57,843 nt of DNA. Source: Clostridia bacterium. Its GTDB lineage: Bacteria; Bacillota; Clostridia; UBA1381. Below the pieces are notes generated by a model. The model was given only the letters and a program-made list of their open reading frames with translations, did no database searches and was not told the DNA's origin. Where the stretch lies: positions 1 through 57,843 of the forward strand of contig JAZNTB010000080.1 in the NCBI GenBank assembly GCA_045591565.1. Direction: 5' to 3'. Position numbers and translations under genes: made by a program. Positions 57,115-57,843 of this stretch are shown here, in pieces. The stretch's first letter is position 1. The number at the start of each line of letters is the position of its first letter.

Positions 57115-57314
57115 TTCGTTTTTGAGGGACTACCAACGACAACAACAGACAGAATCATAGTCGCATAATTTCACTACCGTTCATTCTGCTCCTTGCTTCT
57201 TCAGAACTCACACTCCCTGTATCTGCCACAGGCAGCGGTCGTGTTCTTTCCAGTTAACAGCCGTCTCTTGTGGCTGGTAATCGTGGTGGCGAGGGTTAGA
57301 GCAGAGTATGATAA

Positions 57315-57346
57315 GCAAAACAAAAAGGACACCTTTGGTGTCCTTT
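57315..57346 (-). terminator. terminator of the rRNA-tRNA operon
   Basis: AAGGACACC-TTT-GGTGTCCTT hairpin, with TTTTTGTTTTG after it on the minus strand. Confidence 0.75.
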
Positions 57347-57352
57347 TCGTTT

Positions 57353-57428
57353 TGGCTCCCCGTGCTGGGCTCGAACCAGCGACAACGCGGTTAACAGCCG
57401 CGTGCTCTGCCAACTGAGCTAACGAGGA
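57353..57428 (-). tRNA. tRNA-Asn (anticodon GTT), CCA encoded
   Basis: The reverse complement folds as a cloverleaf: acceptor TCCTCGT/ACGGGGA, D-arm AGCTCAGTTGGCAGAGC, anticodon loop CTGTTAA, T-arm GGTTCGAGCC, 3' GCCA. Confidence 0.93.
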
Positions 57429-57467
57429 ATATATAGGCCAAGAATCCGAATTGCTTCGGATTCTTGG

Positions 57468-57584
57468 TTCCGGCAACTATCTACTTTCCCAGGCAGTCAC
57501 CCACCAAGTATCATCGACGTTAAAGAGCTTAACTTCCGTGTTCGGGATGGGAACAGGTGATCCCCTTTGCTATTGCCACCGGAA
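57468..57584 (-). rRNA. rrf: 5S ribosomal RNA
   Basis: The reverse complement contains the conserved CCCATCCCGAACACGGAAGTTAAGC core and a terminal helix TCCGG/CCGGA. The ends are approximate. Confidence 0.9.
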
Positions 57585-57669
57585 ATATTGTACATGCTTT
57601 TGGCATGACGTTATCTTCTTTTAGTTCCTTGACAGCTAAAGATTACTTACTCACCAACAACTCTATGCT

Positions 57670-57843
57670 TTGATCAAGCCCTCGTCCTATTAGTATCGGT
57701 CAGCTAAAAACATTACTGCTCTTTCACCTCCGACCTATCAACCTGGTAGACTTCCAGGGGACTTACTTGCTTACGCAATGGGATATCTTTTCTTGAGGTC
57801 GGTTTCACGCTTAGATGCCTTCAGCGTTTATCCGATCCATACT
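57670..57843 (-). rRNA. rrl: 23S ribosomal RNA, 3' end (partial, continues beyond the window)
   Basis: The reverse complement reads ...GGATAAACGCTGAAGGCATCTAAGCGTGAAACC...GCTGACCGATACTAATAGGACGAGGGCTTGATC, matching the conserved 23S 3' domain. Confidence 0.9.

Noticed and set aside
57201-57476. ORFs 57193..57417 (+) and 57201..57476 (-), and ORF 49550..49777 (-).
   Set aside because: The first two overlap the tRNA-Asn gene, its terminator and the 5S rRNA end. The third spans the GC-rich kduI-kduD spacer. None has an RBS or a plausible protein composition.

Overview
This window looks like a Clostridia-type (spore-former) chromosomal segment. GerM-like, RemA, TepA and an IspH-S1 fusion are all present, and coding is dense and mostly on the minus strand.

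Positions 1-36.5 kb are ordinary housekeeping genes:
- tsf-rpsB
- an OmpR/HK two-component pair
- a comEA-like gene and a PBP5/DacB-like gene
- ispH/rpsA-plsC-cmk
- an RpiR regulator with a flavoprotein and an orphan family-5 binding protein
- pgeF, uvrC, ptsH, recA
- thiI with a cysteine desulfurase
- thiN-rpe-rsgA-prkC-prpC
- rlmN-rsmB-fmt-def-priA
- rpoZ-gmk-remA-yicC, then rqcH

Positions 36.5-57 kb are more accessory:
- two PL11-like beta-propeller proteins without signal peptides, one next to a GH105-TIM barrel-kduI-kduD uronate cluster
- a visibly AT-rich three-gene islet at about 38.1-40.2 kb: a membrane protein, a Bro-N/DinD-like protein and a small membrane protein
- tepA and copA
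- an amino-acid ABC transporter
- mnmE-nrdR
- an ECF S-component interrupted by an in-frame TGA
- a Dabb protein and a FAD/Rieske oxidoreductase
- a divergent XRE / zinc-ribbon pair
- the 3' end of an rRNA operon (23S-5S-tRNA-Asn)

I saw no CRISPR array, transposase, integrase, reverse transcriptase or recognisable defence gene.

The most unusual material is non-coding and sits in and around the islet:
- a bipartite intergenic repeat (20-nt box, exactly 17 variable nt, 30-nt box) precedes two unrelated genes
- a roughly 165-nt GC-rich multi-hairpin element with terminator/anti-terminator-like alternative pairings lies between the islet and tepA
- an A8 tract separates the only good RBS/ATG from the reading frame of the small membrane protein

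Other points worth a second look:
- the DacB-like protein has a degenerate SxxK active site
- a 94/88-bp tandem duplication lies downstream of copA
- direct repeats bracket the XRE/zinc-ribbon module

All functional calls rest on motif recognition by eye. No database search was possible.
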